From NCBI GenBank assembly GCA_030295235.1, contig AP026144.1, positions 744,001 to 808,000 on the forward strand: a stretch of DNA of 64,000 bases, in the 5' to 3' direction. The stretch is from Fistulifera solaris (Eukaryota). The notes under the pieces were generated by a model, which was not told where the DNA came from, made no database searches, and was given only the letters and a program-made list of their open reading frames with translations. Positions 34,698-48,976 of the stretch are shown piece after piece. The translations under genes were made by a program, and so were the position numbers. Numbering within the stretch: position 1 is the first letter of the stretch; every line of letters begins with the position of its first letter.

Positions 34698-35355
34698 TTT
34701 CGCTAATGAATTATCAGCTAAAGGTAACAAACACGGATTGAAAAGACTTGTTAGTTGACAAGTACGGAGGAGCCTCCTGGTCTACAACAATATTGCATTT
34801 CGTTTGGCTGCGAAAATTCGTGGGGTCACCGTCATCGTCGTCACGGTCGACTTTTGCTTCACATATCAATACCCGTGCGTCACATCGAAACTAAATAGGG
34901 TACCGGTACCGGTACAGATAATAGCTACGGAGTAATCCGGACTAGTTGCTAACTATACTTTGTAGAGACCACCAATCGGTACCGGTACCTGGTACGTAGT
35001 ACTCGTAAGCACGATAAAGCACGAAGAGAAAAAAAGCCAATTAGGAAAGGCCAGGTCGCGCACAAGTTCGCGCGGTATCAGGAGTATCGGAACAGAGATT
35101 TTGATCTTCCGTTGAGCTTTGAATTTTGACTCGTCATCATTATTATTTGTGGAACTTCGATGACTCTCTCTAGAGCTTATGCTGGCACTAGAATACCAAG
35201 GTAAGCAGCAACGATGTCTGATAGGATAAGCTAGTGTCTGATAAACTTTTTATGAGATTAGGGTGTTATGCTTTTATTTTACAGAATTCGCATGATGCTC
35301 AGAAGAGACTGATGTAGGCCGTCCAGAAAGATTCCTCTGGCTGGTACGCAACCGT

Positions 35356-35994
35356 TTAGTCTTTTCTTTTTGTTTCTCTCCGTTCAAAACTCAGACTAGA
35401 GTAGCGCCGAGGATCTTTTATTCGATCAATTGTAGCTTGTGACAAAAATGGTACTCTTGGACCAAGCCGTGTCAAATTGTCATATGTAGGTGCAACGAGC
35501 GATGTCTGCTGCGGTAATTCGACGCCATTTCTTTCATTTTGCTCAGAATTTTGTGCCTCCAATGATATCGAGGCACTACTGTCCGTGGGTATGGATTGTT
35601 TTTCGTTGTCCCGTTCGGAGGGTACGTGCTGCAGGCTTTTTTCTTTTTTAACAACTGTAATGACCGTTGGGGGTTCTATCCAACTTGTACCAATCGTATC
35701 ATTTGCGAAGCTCACCCTCTTTCCTTCCCATTTGATCTCTTCAACGAACCGAATGCATTCTGCTCGATAGGATCCGCTGTAGTCAGTTGAATCGCACGTG
35801 GCAGCTTGAGAATTGTCATCGTCTACTTGTGTTACAGCAGCAGCAACTTTCTTTGATTTCGTTTCCTTCGTGGCAGCCTTCTTGTAGGGCCGAATGAACT
35901 GAAACAGCGCTTTTTTGTGCAACAACCAAAGAGCTAGGCAGAGAAGGAACGAGATGATCTCGTCGGAGGAAAGAAGACTCGTGATGCGTAGCAT
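35356..35994 (-). CDS. Hypothetical protein with an N-terminal TM segment and a KRVSF (RVxF-like) motif
   Basis: 212-aa ORF with hydrophobic IISFLLCLALWLL and KRVSFA. Confidence 0.55.
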   Translation of the reverse strand: MLRITSLLSSDEIISFLLCLALWLLHKKALFQFIRPYKKAATKETKSKKVAAAVTQVDDDNSQAATCDSTDYSGSYRAECIRFVEEIKWEGKRVSFANDTIGTSWIEPPTVITVVKKEKSLQHVPSERDNEKQSIPTDSSASISLEAQNSEQNERNGVELPQQTSLVAPTYDNLTRLGPRVPFLSQATIDRIKDPRRYSSLSFERRETKRKD

Positions 35995-36453
35995 TCTTCT
36001 CAGCGAACTTGCTTGTATGCTTGATTGATGATATTTTGGCTTGAATTGCAATTTTTATGACAAGAGTGAAAGGTAGAAGGGTGTGCTGGAATAAAACATG
36101 GTTCGTGCGGTTTTCTTTGTTGCGAGAGAAAACGGCACCATCGCGATCGGTTTTTCTTTTTCTGTCTTTTCGCGGTGTTGGCGATGAAAACGAATGAATG
36201 CGTTGTTGGCGGGATTCAAATAAATATTGCAACGGTAACGATACAATGACGCATAATACATGACTGAACACATGCATGACTGATCAACCGGTGTGTGCTG
36301 TCGTCTGTCCATTCATCACCTGCGGCAATTGCAACAAACTAACAAGAAAAAGGACTTGAGCTTTTTCGTCGCATCGTTTGAATGAGAAAAGACTTTTAAA
36401 TACTTGATTTCTTCTCGCAGGGCTACCCAAGATTGAAGATAAAATAGGATGAG

Positions 36454-39400
36454 ATGACGTCGATGAATGAGGGTCGGTTGAGCACAAAGAATGAGACTCC
36501 TGTCGACCCATGGGTGGAGATGCTGATGGGTCGTCAATGGGAGATCTATTGGGAACTCAATAGTGATTATGAAGATGATTGGTATGATGCGGTATGTTTT
36601 AATGTATTGAAATTGAAAATGAAAATGTTGTGATGCATCCACCCTAACAGTCTTGACTTTTTCACAGCGCATCGAAGCGTTTCTCCGACAAACTCCCGAA
36701 GGCACATTTTTGTTTCGAGTTTCCTTCGTGGGAGACGATCAGACGTGTGAGATGCTTTTATCACCCAATATAGTTCGTCCGCGAAATGGTGTGACCGACT
36801 TGTCTCCTGCTACAATCGAATGGGCACAAGGACTGGTGGGGACGGATGTTGAAATTGACTGGAGAAAAGACGCGGAAGAAGGGAAAGCCACGGTTCCCGA
36901 CAACGACGAGTCCGATGAAAAGGGATGGTATGTAGCAAACATTCTCGCTTTTGATCAAGAAAGGCGACTCTTTAAAGTCAAATTTGAGGGAGAAATTTAC
37001 CTTTATGACATGCATTTAAAACCGGAGCTTGTCCGGCCTTCTGCTGTAGCTTGGGTCAAGCGGTCGCTGGCGTTGTTGCAGCTCGAGACGGAATCCTTTC
37101 ACGAATGGATACAAGCCCTACCCCCTGATACTAGCATGTTAGAAGACAGCACAAAAATAGTGGAATTAGAGCAGGCCAAGCAGATGATTAATGCGGCTGA
37201 AGAGTCGACATGGATCCGGCAGTGGATTGGTCTGATTCAGGCGCAACTTTATTTAAGAACACGGCTAGCACCTATTGAACGTGAAAAACGGCGTCGAACT
37301 GTAGACGGGATTCCCGCCCCAACGGAGACGTACGTCGACTATCTGGTGCAATGCTTAAAACAGCACAAGGATTGTGCTGCATGGTATTTCGAGTGCGAAC
37401 AATTAATCGAGGCTGCGAATCAGGCGACCACTAAAACGAAATGGTCAAGTGACTTGGTGTTCGATGTTGTTTTAAAGCGTGGATGTGACTGCTTGGAGTT
37501 GCTCAAGACAGTTGATGCATCGGTTTCAGGGTCGAAAAGAAGAAGCAGGTCTTCGCCAAATGAACGGCGGGCGAAACGACGGCGCAAAGCGATCAAAGAC
37601 TTTTGGACACCTGCGGGACAACTGCATGAAGAATTTGACGTGCAAGACCTGATATCATTTTCAACGTTTCAGCGATTTACAGATCAGACAACCGTAATAG
37701 ATCGACGGTGGTACGTCGCGACTTTTGTGGGGATGCTGAAAATGGGTTACACTTCGTTAATTGCACCTCTTCGAGAATGGAAGTGGCGTGTTGAGTATGC
37801 TCTCGGAGAACGAGACGATCCATATGAGCAAGTGACCGCAAGCGATGGGGAAAGTACGGACCAGGAGGACGTTGAGCTTGTGAATGAAAAAGCGACAGTT
37901 TTTGTCAGCTACGATGATGTTCACGCACTGATGGATCAAGCAAAGGTAGATACAGTGCTCAGTAAGTTTGATTTGGATGTAGCTCAACTTTCTTCAAGGA
38001 TGAAGCTTATTCTAGAATTCGAGAAGCGGGGAACGCTATTTGTTTCATCTGTGTTTGATGAACCTGTCACGGTGCTTGACAAAGACCAAGATACTATTTG
38101 CTTGCAACTAAGACAGCTGCAGAAAGAGAGCAGTGAGCCAGAACTCATGCATATTCATCCATTGGGGAGCGTCACATCGTCTCTCTCTCGTTTGGTCATT
38201 CGAGATGCACTGTTATGCAGAGAGTGGTTCTTGGATCTTTGTCATGCAGAAACACAGCGTGAACGCGTCGCTTTCATTGAAAACATCGTATCACGATGGT
38301 CCTACTTGCCTCCCATCAACTTGAAGGAAATCGAGGTACGATCGGATGAAATTTTCCAAAGATTAAAAATGTTGTCTGCCAGATGCACGGATCGATCTAT
38401 GTTGTTCGATAAGATTTCAACGATGCTGAATGATCGAAGTGAAGAAGCACGTCGGGATGGATTGTTGTGTGAATCAGAGGTCGAAAAAGCCTGTAAGGAG
38501 TTCACTGGCGCGGCTGTTCTATCGCTCGCCGAAGAGAAGCTGGCGCTAAGAAGTGATCTGCTGCGCTGGGAACAAAAGGCAAAGTTATTTATGAAAACGG
38601 ACCGCCCATTCTTTACTGATTTGGAATCGCTTTTTCAAGAGCTGGAAGCTTTATTTCTTGGGAACTCCGTCTCGCGGACGGCATTAACGGAAGGACTTCG
38701 ACAAAATGTTTTGGTGGAAAATGAAATTCGTGCTTTCGTAAAGTGTGATGATGAGGCCATTAGCGGGACACTTAGCGCCCGATTGCGTTCTCTTTATCAA
38801 AAGTCGTCGAATTGGAAAGAGCGTACAGAAAATATCATCAGCGCTCTACTAGGCTTTGGAAATGAAAGCTTAGCTGGGTGTCATGTACAGCCGAAGCATG
38901 GATCTATGATTGATATCCGGCGGATCGCAGACCTTCTGGACGAATATGAGGATCTACAAATCGATATTACTCCTTGCAATGATTTGCTACGACGGGTTCA
39001 TGACGACGCGTTGAAATGGTGTGATTCCGTTGCATCTAGCGTAAAGGACCCCTGCCGATCTTTTGAAGCATGTTTACAAGCCGCACATTTTCTTGGCTCC
39101 AATCGACCAAAAGGAATCATTGTTGATCCAACCAAACCAATCTACGAGCTGATCATAGACCTTCTGCAATGGTACATCGCGGTTAAAGCGTTAGTTACAT
39201 CTCCTAATGCTAGCCGTGATGCAGTCGCTTCGGTGCTACTTCAAGGAATAGAGGTTGTGAGGTTTTACGGTGACAACAAGTACACGGAGTCAATATCAAA
39301 AATTACCCCCGACACAGCAAATTTTATCATGAAACAAGTTTCAGCAAGTCGACCGGCCAGGCTCTTATCGCTTAATAAAATCGAGAATTCGGAACTTCTC

Positions 39401-42400
39401 TGCCATCTGTTGAACCGTATGGTGGACGATTGCCAGGACGACCAGGAAAGACATCCATTTTTGTCATTGCTTTACTGGTTGTGGTTACTGCGCGTTGAGG
39501 ACTTTATCAAAGATGCTAATGGAGTAGCGAAAGGAGGCAACGAGGCAACGCTTGCACGAGCCAAAAGTTTACTAGCAGAGCAACCAATACCTGCGACGCA
39601 TATACATGAAGTTTCGATTGTGCATAAAGCAGTTGACGTTGTCGAGCAACTTAGGCAATTGATCACGACTGCTGAGAATGTCGTCAAGACGACAGAAGAA
39701 TGTCTCAACGTTTCACGTAATTTGTTCCGTATCGCGTCTAGCAACGAATCTGCTGTACGATATCATTATCAAGAGCTTAAAGAAATGCTCACAAAATTGA
39801 AATTTCGATATAAGGAAGGTAGCGGCATTGTTCTGGAGCGGTCGCTTGAAACTCAAGTCGAGCTGATGTCGAAAGTATTCTCATGGCTTGTACGTGCGCC
39901 CGTTTATTTGTTTTCGTCATCATCGTATCGTCTCTCACTGTACACATCAGACCAGGACATTTTCTTATCCTATTCTGCATTCGCATGATCCGTCGCTGTG
40001 GCAGGGCGAGCACGTTAAGAACGATCCTCGAATTCCATGGGACGCTCTTGTATCGCTTGCCAATCAGTCACCTAACATTGGGGAAGAACAAGGTGATCTG
40101 GCGTGCATTAAACTAAGAGTAAAGGAACTGCATGACGAAGCACTGAAATGGCAGGAAGAGATATCTAGTCTTACTATGCTTTCGCTCAGAGGGGGGAAAC
40201 GGCGAAGCCCGGGCTCCTTGGAAGACACGAAGGCCTCATGTATCATCGACATGAGCAAAGTGGAAGAACTATGCAAGCATTCGATTCTTCATAAGGTGAG
40301 ATCACGTGGCGACAGTTTACACACCTTCGAGTCTTGCTCACAAATTTTCATTCCAGGTCTCATTCCCCAGGGAGGAGAGTATTAGGGACATGCTGCATAG
40401 GTCAAAAGAGTTCGAGCGGGCTCTATTTGATTTTCTTGGAAAAGACTATGATGGCGCCGATAGATCTGCTCTACCTGAAGGTGGCTCTCTGGTTGCCGCG
40501 GACGGATCTTTTCTTCCGTTGCGACTTACTGGAAGTCCGATGTATCAGGATATGATATCCGCCATCGGAAAAATATCGCACATCGCTGAGAATGTTTTTG
40601 CGCACACACCGGGAAAGGCTGCCTTCGATTGGATATGCTCAGCAGTATCATGGATTGAATCTTTAAACAAAGCGCTGGTGATTTCCGAGCAGGACTTAGA
40701 AGGGGAAAGTGCCAAAAATATTACCATCAGCAGAGATGCTGCTATACAATTGCTGCGTGAAGGGGAAGATGTATTTGTTGATGTACCCGAGGATCTTCGA
40801 AGGACTCTGAGTGAACACAAAATATACATTTCGAGTGCGAAAGAAGGAACGATGACTGTAAAGTCCCGGAAAGGAGGGGCTCATCATGCTCTTGGTGTTG
40901 TCGCGGTTCGTTGGTGCCCACTTCTTTTGAATCTCTTAAGTCAGACGTGAACACCTTGAATGAGTGGGAGTTGGTGTTGATGACCATTGCATTGACTTAT
41001 AATTGTATCCGACCAGCGCTTACTGATAACAGCGATCAGATTCAGAGGCCGGAAGACATTTGTTGGATTATGGACATGCGGGAGGCTTTAACGGATCTGT
41101 TTCATGGCTTAAAAGATCTTGTAATCATGCCCTCGTCAAAAGATATTGAATCTGTAAATAGTCTTTTGATCGATCTCGAAATGAGAGTAATACCGCATCT
41201 GAACGAGCGACTCATAACTTCACATTTGAATTGGAAATATGAGGAAGGACCACTCGTTATCAAGTCAAGATTTGATCATTTAGATGCCTTGGTGACCCGG
41301 CAACGTGTTTGCAAAGAGCGGAGTACGGATTCGCTCAATGGAAAGGGGTCTCACGACTCGGGTGGAAGAGTCGCAGCGAGGCGACTGCTATTCGCAGCAC
41401 TAAGGAAAAGCATGGCGGGTCTCAAGATACCGGATGATGACGAAACATTACATCATTGTTGCTCAGTAGCCTGGGAAATTGAAAATGCCGCTTGCGATGC
41501 GTTTTTGGAAAGTGTTAGCTCCGATACGATAAATTCACAGTACAAGGAAAAAATAAAGACCGTGAAGAGGAGCCTCGAGGACCCACGAAACAAGATACTG
41601 CAAGCTAGAGTGTTGACTGGTGATATTGCGCCCGAGAAATTAGTGACCATGTCTGTCGAAGAACTGGCCAATCCAGTGACGCAAAAGCAACGTGCTGCTG
41701 CAGAGTCTAAACAAAATAATGTTTTAGTTGCTCCACCTACAGCAACACGCAAAACGAGTCTTGAACCGGAAGTCCCCAATTCTTCAAGAAATAGTACGAG
41801 CAGTTCGAGCACAGAGAATACGACATTAGCAAATAAGCCTGCTGAAAAGACCCATGTTTCGATTGAAACCCACAGAACGCTTCCGCCACCCAAAATCTCT
41901 GCTTTTCGCGACTTGGCTCGAGCTGTTGAAGCTGCTACACGAAAACCTCCGCCTCCTCCACCTGCCTCGCTCGTCCCCAATCTCGTCGCCCCAGTCGAAC
42001 CGCAAAGCCACACCGTCACCAACAACACCAATGGAAGTAACATATTCCGTCTCTCCGTCGGCGGTTCCTACCATTTCACGGCAGAATTTCATGCCGAAGG
42101 CCGGATGGATCCGTACGTCTGTCATTTCATACCAGAACTTTTGGTGGAAACGCGTCGATCCCCATGGAAAGTTTTGGATCAATTCCTCCGCGAGAAGTTG
42201 CGTTCCGGCAAATATGAGATTGTTTCCCTGCGTCTGTTACCGTGCTCCGACAAAGACGCTCGCGTCTTGGACTCGTTTGCCAGAGATTACGAGCATCGGG
42301 ACCGTGTCTCGACGTGTCAAGTTCAAAACGAGAAACTGTATTTGATTACGCCACGATTTCAAAGCTTGTTGCGTGATGTAGTGCACTTCAAAATCATTCC

Positions 42401-42434
42401 GGGGACCTATGTCCTTTGGATTCGTTTGTTGTGA
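36454..42434 (+). CDS. Large nuclear protein: tandem Tudor-like N-terminus, PLU-1-like helical region, TFIIS central domain, Pro-rich linker, SPOC-like C-terminus
   Basis: Exons 36454-36591, 36668-39889, 39951-40295 and 40357-42434, with a 1-nt shift at about 40925. Motifs IYW...DWYDARI, IDW...GWYVANI and AWEIENA...YKEKIKTVKRSLEDPRN..L..RVLTGDIAPEKLVTMS.EELA. Confidence 0.75.
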
Positions 42435-42768
42435 ATGACTTTGTACAATAGAAGACAGTTTTGTGACAACCTTGATTATTTTTGCTATTACCTATTACGG
42501 AGTACTCCGTGTTTTTTATTTGACGTTTTACAGAATCGAACCGCGGTTCGCGGTTTCCTTGGAGAGGACGAGCGACGGACAAACTGCTTGTCATTGGTCA
42601 TTGCATTGCCTTGCATTGCTCTGGCCATTTTCACTTTTCTCTTCTCGCACATTACCTGGTAGCACATTTCCATTGCTTCTTTACTTTTCATACCTAAAAA
42701 TCAAAGGTCTCTTGATTCTATTATCCAATTTTCCTTCCTTCCTTCCTTCCTTTTCACACACAACAACC

Positions 42769-43726
42769 ATGCCCCCGTTCTTGATCCCTCTCGGTCGAAA
42801 GTAGACGGTCTCGCGTTTTTGGGCTTGAGTTTAGCACGCTCTTCGGACGTCGGTCATCCCCAGAGTGTGACACAACAAACAGCATTTGATTTGAATGAAA
42901 TTCAAGATCGCGCATACGAATTTGTGTTTAGTACGAATGACGATGGCTGGCTCGTGGGGGCGGTGAACCCTTGGATTCGTATAAATTACCGGCTCCTGAT
43001 AGTGCTCATGTAGAAATTATGCGCATCGGGACGTATCGACCCGAATGGGGTGGTCTTGATCGTGAGAAACTCATTGCGGCTTTACAATCAGGAGATATTT
43101 TGATTCCGCAGATCGAAGTGGTTCCGACGGCCGTCGTTGCGAATGGAGATGTACCTCCGGAGCTCGAAATACGATTCGATATGGACTACGAAGTGGGTTC
43201 CGAGGAAGAATTCATGCACTGCAAGGATGAAAATCTTCCCGTCAATTGGCAGCTGCGATTTTTACACAATCAATTGTTTCACAAATTCCAATTTCCTTCT
43301 CGTTTCTGTCCCGGAGCACATCATTCGACGATACTTCGCAAAGCCGACTTTCGAAGCTTAAAACATCGGGATGCGTATTTCCAAAAATGTGATCAAGTCG
43401 TCAGTCAGTGGAGAACAAAGGGTGTTCAGCCTCTCGTTTGGGATCCCGCCAACGATACACCCGGAATACAACGCCTGGCTTGTCAACATCATCAAGGCCA
43501 AGTCATCAATGATCCGACCCATCAATCCGGTCTATACTTGTTTACCGATCGCACCCGCATTACGCACCACTTTGCTCCCAACTTTTTGCCGCCCTACAAT
43601 ACACCCGAAAAGCGTCAGATTATTTACAAGTTTTTAAAAGAGCAATGGAACGAAACTACGCTATCATGGCAACCCGTTGTTTCGAAGAAACGGCAACTGG
43701 ATGAACAAGATATTGACAATAAATGA
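42769..43726 (+). CDS. Hypothetical protein, possibly 2H-phosphoesterase-like; frameshifts at about 42800 and 42960
   Basis: Three consecutive ORF pieces; two His motifs (AHVEI, HHSTIL). Confidence 0.6.
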
Positions 43727-43834
43727 AGAATATCTCACAGTGACAATTTAAGAATGCACGCGTTCTATTTAGAGTTCAATAAAACACTCTTCATTGTAGT
43801 CATTTTTCTATGTCTGCGACACGTCGGTCATTCT

Positions 43835-45302
43835 TTAGTCAAACCGCACCTTGGCCTTGCCCATGACGGACCACTCTCGTGGTTGTGACGACATGGAAGC
43901 CAAACTTTCCCCCAATCTTTCTTCTCGTGTGGCCGACATGTGACTGTATTGATGATAAGAGGAATTTTGCCAGGTGACGAGCCACGCCAGTAAAAAGATC
44001 ATACAAATTTGCAATGTCGCCGATGCCCAAAATACGGCGGGATATTGCCAATGAAACGGAAGCATCCAATTACATACAAAGGTAATGACGGGGAGTCCTT
44101 GGAACCAGATACATCCCAAGAAACCCAGTACACCATAAAATTGCTTCAATGATGGTACTTTGGTCTGATAGCCTGTTTGCATACACGATCCTAAAAAGAG
44201 CAGACCCAGACCGACACGACTCATCATCAATATTTTGCCCGGTAAATGAGAATAACTGTGATAAGTATCAAAGTCATCATTGTACGTTCGACCCCATTGG
44301 GCGAGTCCCATGTGCCAAACAATGACCAATCCACTGGCAATGCCGGTGGCATTGAGACGCATCACTCCCGACAATGGCTTGGCGACATCCTGCAGTAAAT
44401 GCTGTACCGTACTTCCACTACTCGAAATGACATCCGACGGCAACGTCCATCCATTCCCAATCGATAGCAAAAAAAAGAACAATCAAGGCATCGCAGACGG
44501 CCTCCAACTGCGTCGCGAGACAATCGAGCGCATAATTGCCGTACCCGTTGTAATGATACATTTCCAAATGACCCACTTCACATAGAGAGCTCAAACAATC
44601 CAGTGCCGCCGCCACCGTAATCCACAATGCCGCCGCATGTACCGTGCGTTTGTTTTTCTTGCGCGCGACGCGGAATACGACATTCGACACCAGCCACAAC
44701 AAAATGACCAAGCCCAAAATACAGGACCATTCGTGGACCAATAACAAATGCCCTTCATCGTACGACATTTGGGTGGTTTTCCGGGCCTTGTCATTTCCGT
44801 AATAATTCCACGTCGTAATTTCGTAATACATGTTCGGGACGGCACCATCTTGTAAATATTGTTCCAACGAACAGTCATCGACGACGAAATAATAATACCG
44901 CGGAGTATCAATTTTTGTAGCTTCATCATTCGGATCCGCCAAATTGATCGTCTTGACGGCTTGCCATTTGCCACCTTTCGGAGCCAACGGACCCGTTCCT
45001 TTGACAACAAACGACAAATCGGCTGTCGTCATGGCGTATTTGATCTTATCGGTACAGATGGTCGCTTTTTGAAATTTGCTCCATACTGTATCATTATAGA
45101 TTCGAAATTTGAGGTGTTGATCGTTGGGATACGGATTATCAATGCCGAGACGGACCGTGAGACGTCCTCCTTTTGGGCCGACCACAAAGCTTGATAAGAC
45201 TTTCTCGGTGTTGACGCCACTGAGTCGGAAATAACCGCGTGTGCGTTTGGCGAATGCGGTCAGAAGCCAACAGAATAGTAAAAATAATCGTAATGGATTC
45301 AT
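43835..45302 (-). CDS. GPR180/TMEM145 (intimal thickness-related receptor) 7TM protein; frameshift at the T8 run, about 44470
   Basis: Signal peptide, PRYYYFVVDDC, QMSYDE, HLEMYHYNGYG and LLSIGNGWTL; 7 TM segments. Confidence 0.82.
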
Positions 45303-45942
45303 ATTATTATTTGGAGAACTATATCGACTTTTATAAAGAAAAAAAACGGAGGAAAATGCGACGAGAAAGAGAAATAATAATAGAAGTGGGGCCTACGGTA
45401 CGGTATCCGGTACGAATGAGAATGAGCCACCTACAAGAAGTATAAAAGCAGTCATCGTTATCGGTGGGCACCATTTAACGTTTAACTCGCCGAAAAAGGT
45501 CATTCGAACGAAACGACGCCGATCCGTGTTTCAAATTTACTAGTACTCTCATGGCTAGAAGACTATTATATTCAGTTTTCACAAATAATACTTTAGTACC
45601 GTAAAGACTTCTATGAATGAAGAAGAATCGTGCCATTCCTTAGTCGGCGTGCTAAGGAGATGGCAAATAGTAGGACTCCGTAATGAATTATTCATGATCG
45701 AATGGTAAACACAACAGATATAAGAGACAAATTTCATTGCGCTTGTAAAAGACGACATGGAGTGAACCATGCGTACCAACTGGGCCGAACGAACCTATCC
45801 TTGGTGGCCGATCTTTCATTTTATTTAATACTTCAGAATCATCAACAAAGCAATCTCGTAACAGTCAAATATACCAGTATGCCTTTTTCAGCAATTGGAT
45901 CATGTTGAGCAGCTACTTGCCAAGCAAACAAAAGCAACTGCC

Positions 45943-46341
45943 TTACTTCCAAAAATGATTCTCCTTCCGCGACTCTATTTCTTCTTTTCGTCTCAATTCA
46001 TTTTCTTTTAAAATTTCCCGGCTACGTTGTTCAATCTTTTTCAGAAAGGCGGGTTCCGAATGTCGGCGATTCGGCTGCATGAATCGTTTTTGAGCCTCCA
46101 TCGCATTGTCGAGATTCTCTTGCCAAGTACTGTTGTGGGCATTCTCGATCATGGCTTGCAGTTGGGCCTCTTGGAGAGTACGGGCGTGTTTCGAGTCCCC
46201 TTCTTCTACGACATAGTTGTTTTTGAAGAACGACCAGGAAACCCAGCCAATGGTGAGGGAACCGATCAGTGTTCCAGCGACAAAGAGGGGGAATTTCTGT
46301 TCAAGGAAGACTCGTGCGCTTTGCCGATAGCGATGTCTCAT
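45943..46341 (-). CDS. Small single-TM protein (start uncertain)
   Basis: TM segment PLFVAGTLIGSLTIGWVSW followed by a charged helical tail. Confidence 0.6.
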   Translation of the reverse strand: MRHRYRQSARVFLEQKFPLFVAGTLIGSLTIGWVSWSFFKNNYVVEEGDSKHARTLQEAQLQAMIENAHNSTWQENLDNAMEAQKRFMQPNRRHSEPAFLKKIEQRSREILKENELRRKEEIESRKENHFWK

Positions 46342-46849
46342 CTTGATTGCTTTCAATCGGACAGTGTTTTATTCAACCTTCAAGTATTTACGGAAGCTTG
46401 TATTTTACAACATGATGTATCGCATTGTGTTCGTTCCGAACGAGCGTTTGTCGGGTGCCCTTTTTCTGACTACAAGTGTTCGTCGCTGGTCGTTGTCGAA
46501 GGAAGGAGGAAAACGTGAGTTGGCCAAAAGATGTCGGTGCTTTAAATCAGAAACAAGCTAAAAGGCTGAACTTGTCCGTTGTATACAATTCACCTGTCTG
46601 ACTGGCTCTAGCTGAAATTGAGCATAGGTTTCGTGATTTGAACTCGTGATTGATGATCTGACCATCGTGTCGAACGACGCCCTCGTATTTTATTACGTAC
46701 AAATGGTGGGAAAGCGCTCGACTTGTCATGCTATCCACAATGTTAATTATCCAGTTATACTGATTACCATCCCTTGAATCGAATAACCAATAATAAACTT
46801 GTTGGAAAGACGGGTTGCGCTCACCCCGAGGATACACGTGTCCAAAGTT

Positions 46850-48378
46850 ATGAATTCCACTCGAAAACGAAAATCGCGTTCTCCTCCCAGGGAGCGTCAT
46901 TCGCATCTGACCCCTGAGTTGACGCAACGCCGGGTCCAAAGACAAAACGCGGCAGGCAAGGAAGCATCTGACCATACGTCCGAACAGGCTAGTGCGACAA
47001 ACTCGTCCCAACGCCGGAGCCTAAGAACTACTACAAAATCAAACGCTGAAGCTACGAAAATAGATAAACTACCAGAAAGCACCCCTATTTCGTCCGAAGA
47101 CAATGAACAGACGTCTTCTTCATCGAAAACACACAACACGAGGCTGCGGAATGGAATACACAAAGCTCGACAGAAGGTAAGCCAGCGTTGCTAGATTATT
47201 CTCTACGTACTTCGCTTGAAAATTCATCACGAAGCTTACAGTTTATGATCTTGCTTTCGTCTTCGCTTATCTGCTCTTTTGTTTCTAAAAAGATTGAAAT
47301 AAAATACGATAGCCCTAAGGATGAAATGGACGAGAAAGAGAAAGAAACAACGGCTTTCATAGACAGTTGTTCTCGAGAATTAGCGGAATTGGATAATGAC
47401 TCTTTTCAAAGCGCGTTCTTTCAAGATGCCAATAAAATCTTCGAGCAGCTACTTCTACCGATGCATTTTCCCTGGAATCATAAAGCACAGCGAAGAGAGC
47501 AAGTGCTTCGAGGGTTGCCTTGTGATATTGACGAACTGCTCGCTAATCAAACTCCAGATGATGATTCCGTCAGTGATGATAATGAAGAAGATAAGATTGA
47601 TAAGAATGGCAAAACGATTTGCAATAGATCTCCTCAAGACAAAGGTTTAATCGAAATAAAGAATCAACCCAGCTCCAGAAAGCAACGCTCGCGCATCAAA
47701 ACCAGCCCTCGAAATTCGGTGACACGTGTCGACGACGTTGCGTTTAGAATGTACCAGGAAGTACAGTCGCGGAAACTACACCGACAAACAAGCGGAGCAA
47801 AAGCATCATGCTCTCTCGTGTCGATTCAATGCAATGGTGTCAGCAGTGAAGCATCCATATTCACGGATGTTCCAGATGGTAAAACCCCTGTTTTGCTGCC
47901 AGCAATTCAACCTCGCGATGTTGCCAACGGAAAACGAATGTCCGTTACGAAGGCCAAAGAGCTATCGAAACAGCTAGGGTCGTACGATTGTCGCTACGGT
48001 TTGCCCGATATTTCAGACGAAAGAGAGCAAAGTGGAAGACGGCGAAGAGTGTTTGCCGGAAGAACACGAACGATTTGGACCCGAAGAGAGGACGCTGCTG
48101 GAAAACCTACTTCTCCTTCGGCGCAGCCAACGTACACTTCTATCATTACAGGAGAGACGTTGCCAGCTGGATCACACAAAAGACCACTGCCAGTCAAGGT
48201 CGGTCTTAAAGTCAACGGCAAGATTGTGACGGTGGACAGAAATGAGAAGTTTAGCGCTGATTCCCTTGACAAAATTGATGAAATAAATAAAGCTGTTGAG
48301 AGCGGATCAACGAAGAAATTGAGCAATCCTAAGCAGTCAAAACAACACCAAAATGGCAGTCGTAAAAAAGCACGCTGA
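46850..48378 (+). CDS. Hypothetical basic, probably nuclear protein (2 exons)
   Basis: Exon 46850-47176, intron GTAAGC..AAAAG, then exon from 47293 in frame. Confidence 0.6.
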
Positions 48379-48803
48379 TAGACGTTCATTTTCAGTCGGA
48401 TTTCAACGTCCCCAACTTGTACACGGCATTTTCCTCTTTTTTACAGAGATCGATGGAAAACAAAGGGTATGAGCTTCTTAATCCTAAACTCGTGCTATAC
48501 ATTCTCTTTGAATCAGCGTACTTCAAAGACAGCTGCAGTCTATTCTAGGATCTGAAATCACGTTGTTACATTGATAAGTCGAGGTACATCAACGGTTCCT
48601 ACCATAGAAAATATGAATAATATTGACCTTGCTGATCGCTTACAAACTCGCTTCACACTCTTAACAGTGTTAAGCCTGACATGGATTCAAATCAAGCCTA
48701 ACTAAATGCTCTGCCGATACAATGCAGTTTGCAGGATAACAGCCTACTACTCTAGATGAGTGAATGATTACATTATTATGAATAGTAAATCGGGTTCAAT
48801 CCG

Positions 48804-48834
48804 TGACTCATGACGGGTTCATGGATTGACGTCA
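48804..48834. promoter_or_regulatory. Clustered bZIP-type sites (TGACTCA, TGACG, TGACGTCA) upstream of the selenoprotein gene
   Basis: TGACTCA at 48804, TGACG at 48811 and TGACGTCA at 48827, about 145-170 bp before the ATG. Confidence 0.4.
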
Positions 48835-48976
48835 TCGCAGCCCTTGCTCGAAAGAACGTCAAACCACATCATCGGACGCCGCGAAATCAAGGAGACAATA
48901 ACAGAAGTCCAAGCAACTACAAGTAGTGCTTCAAATTTTCCTACTTGTGTTGTTCCAATCAACAAGAAGACGAACG

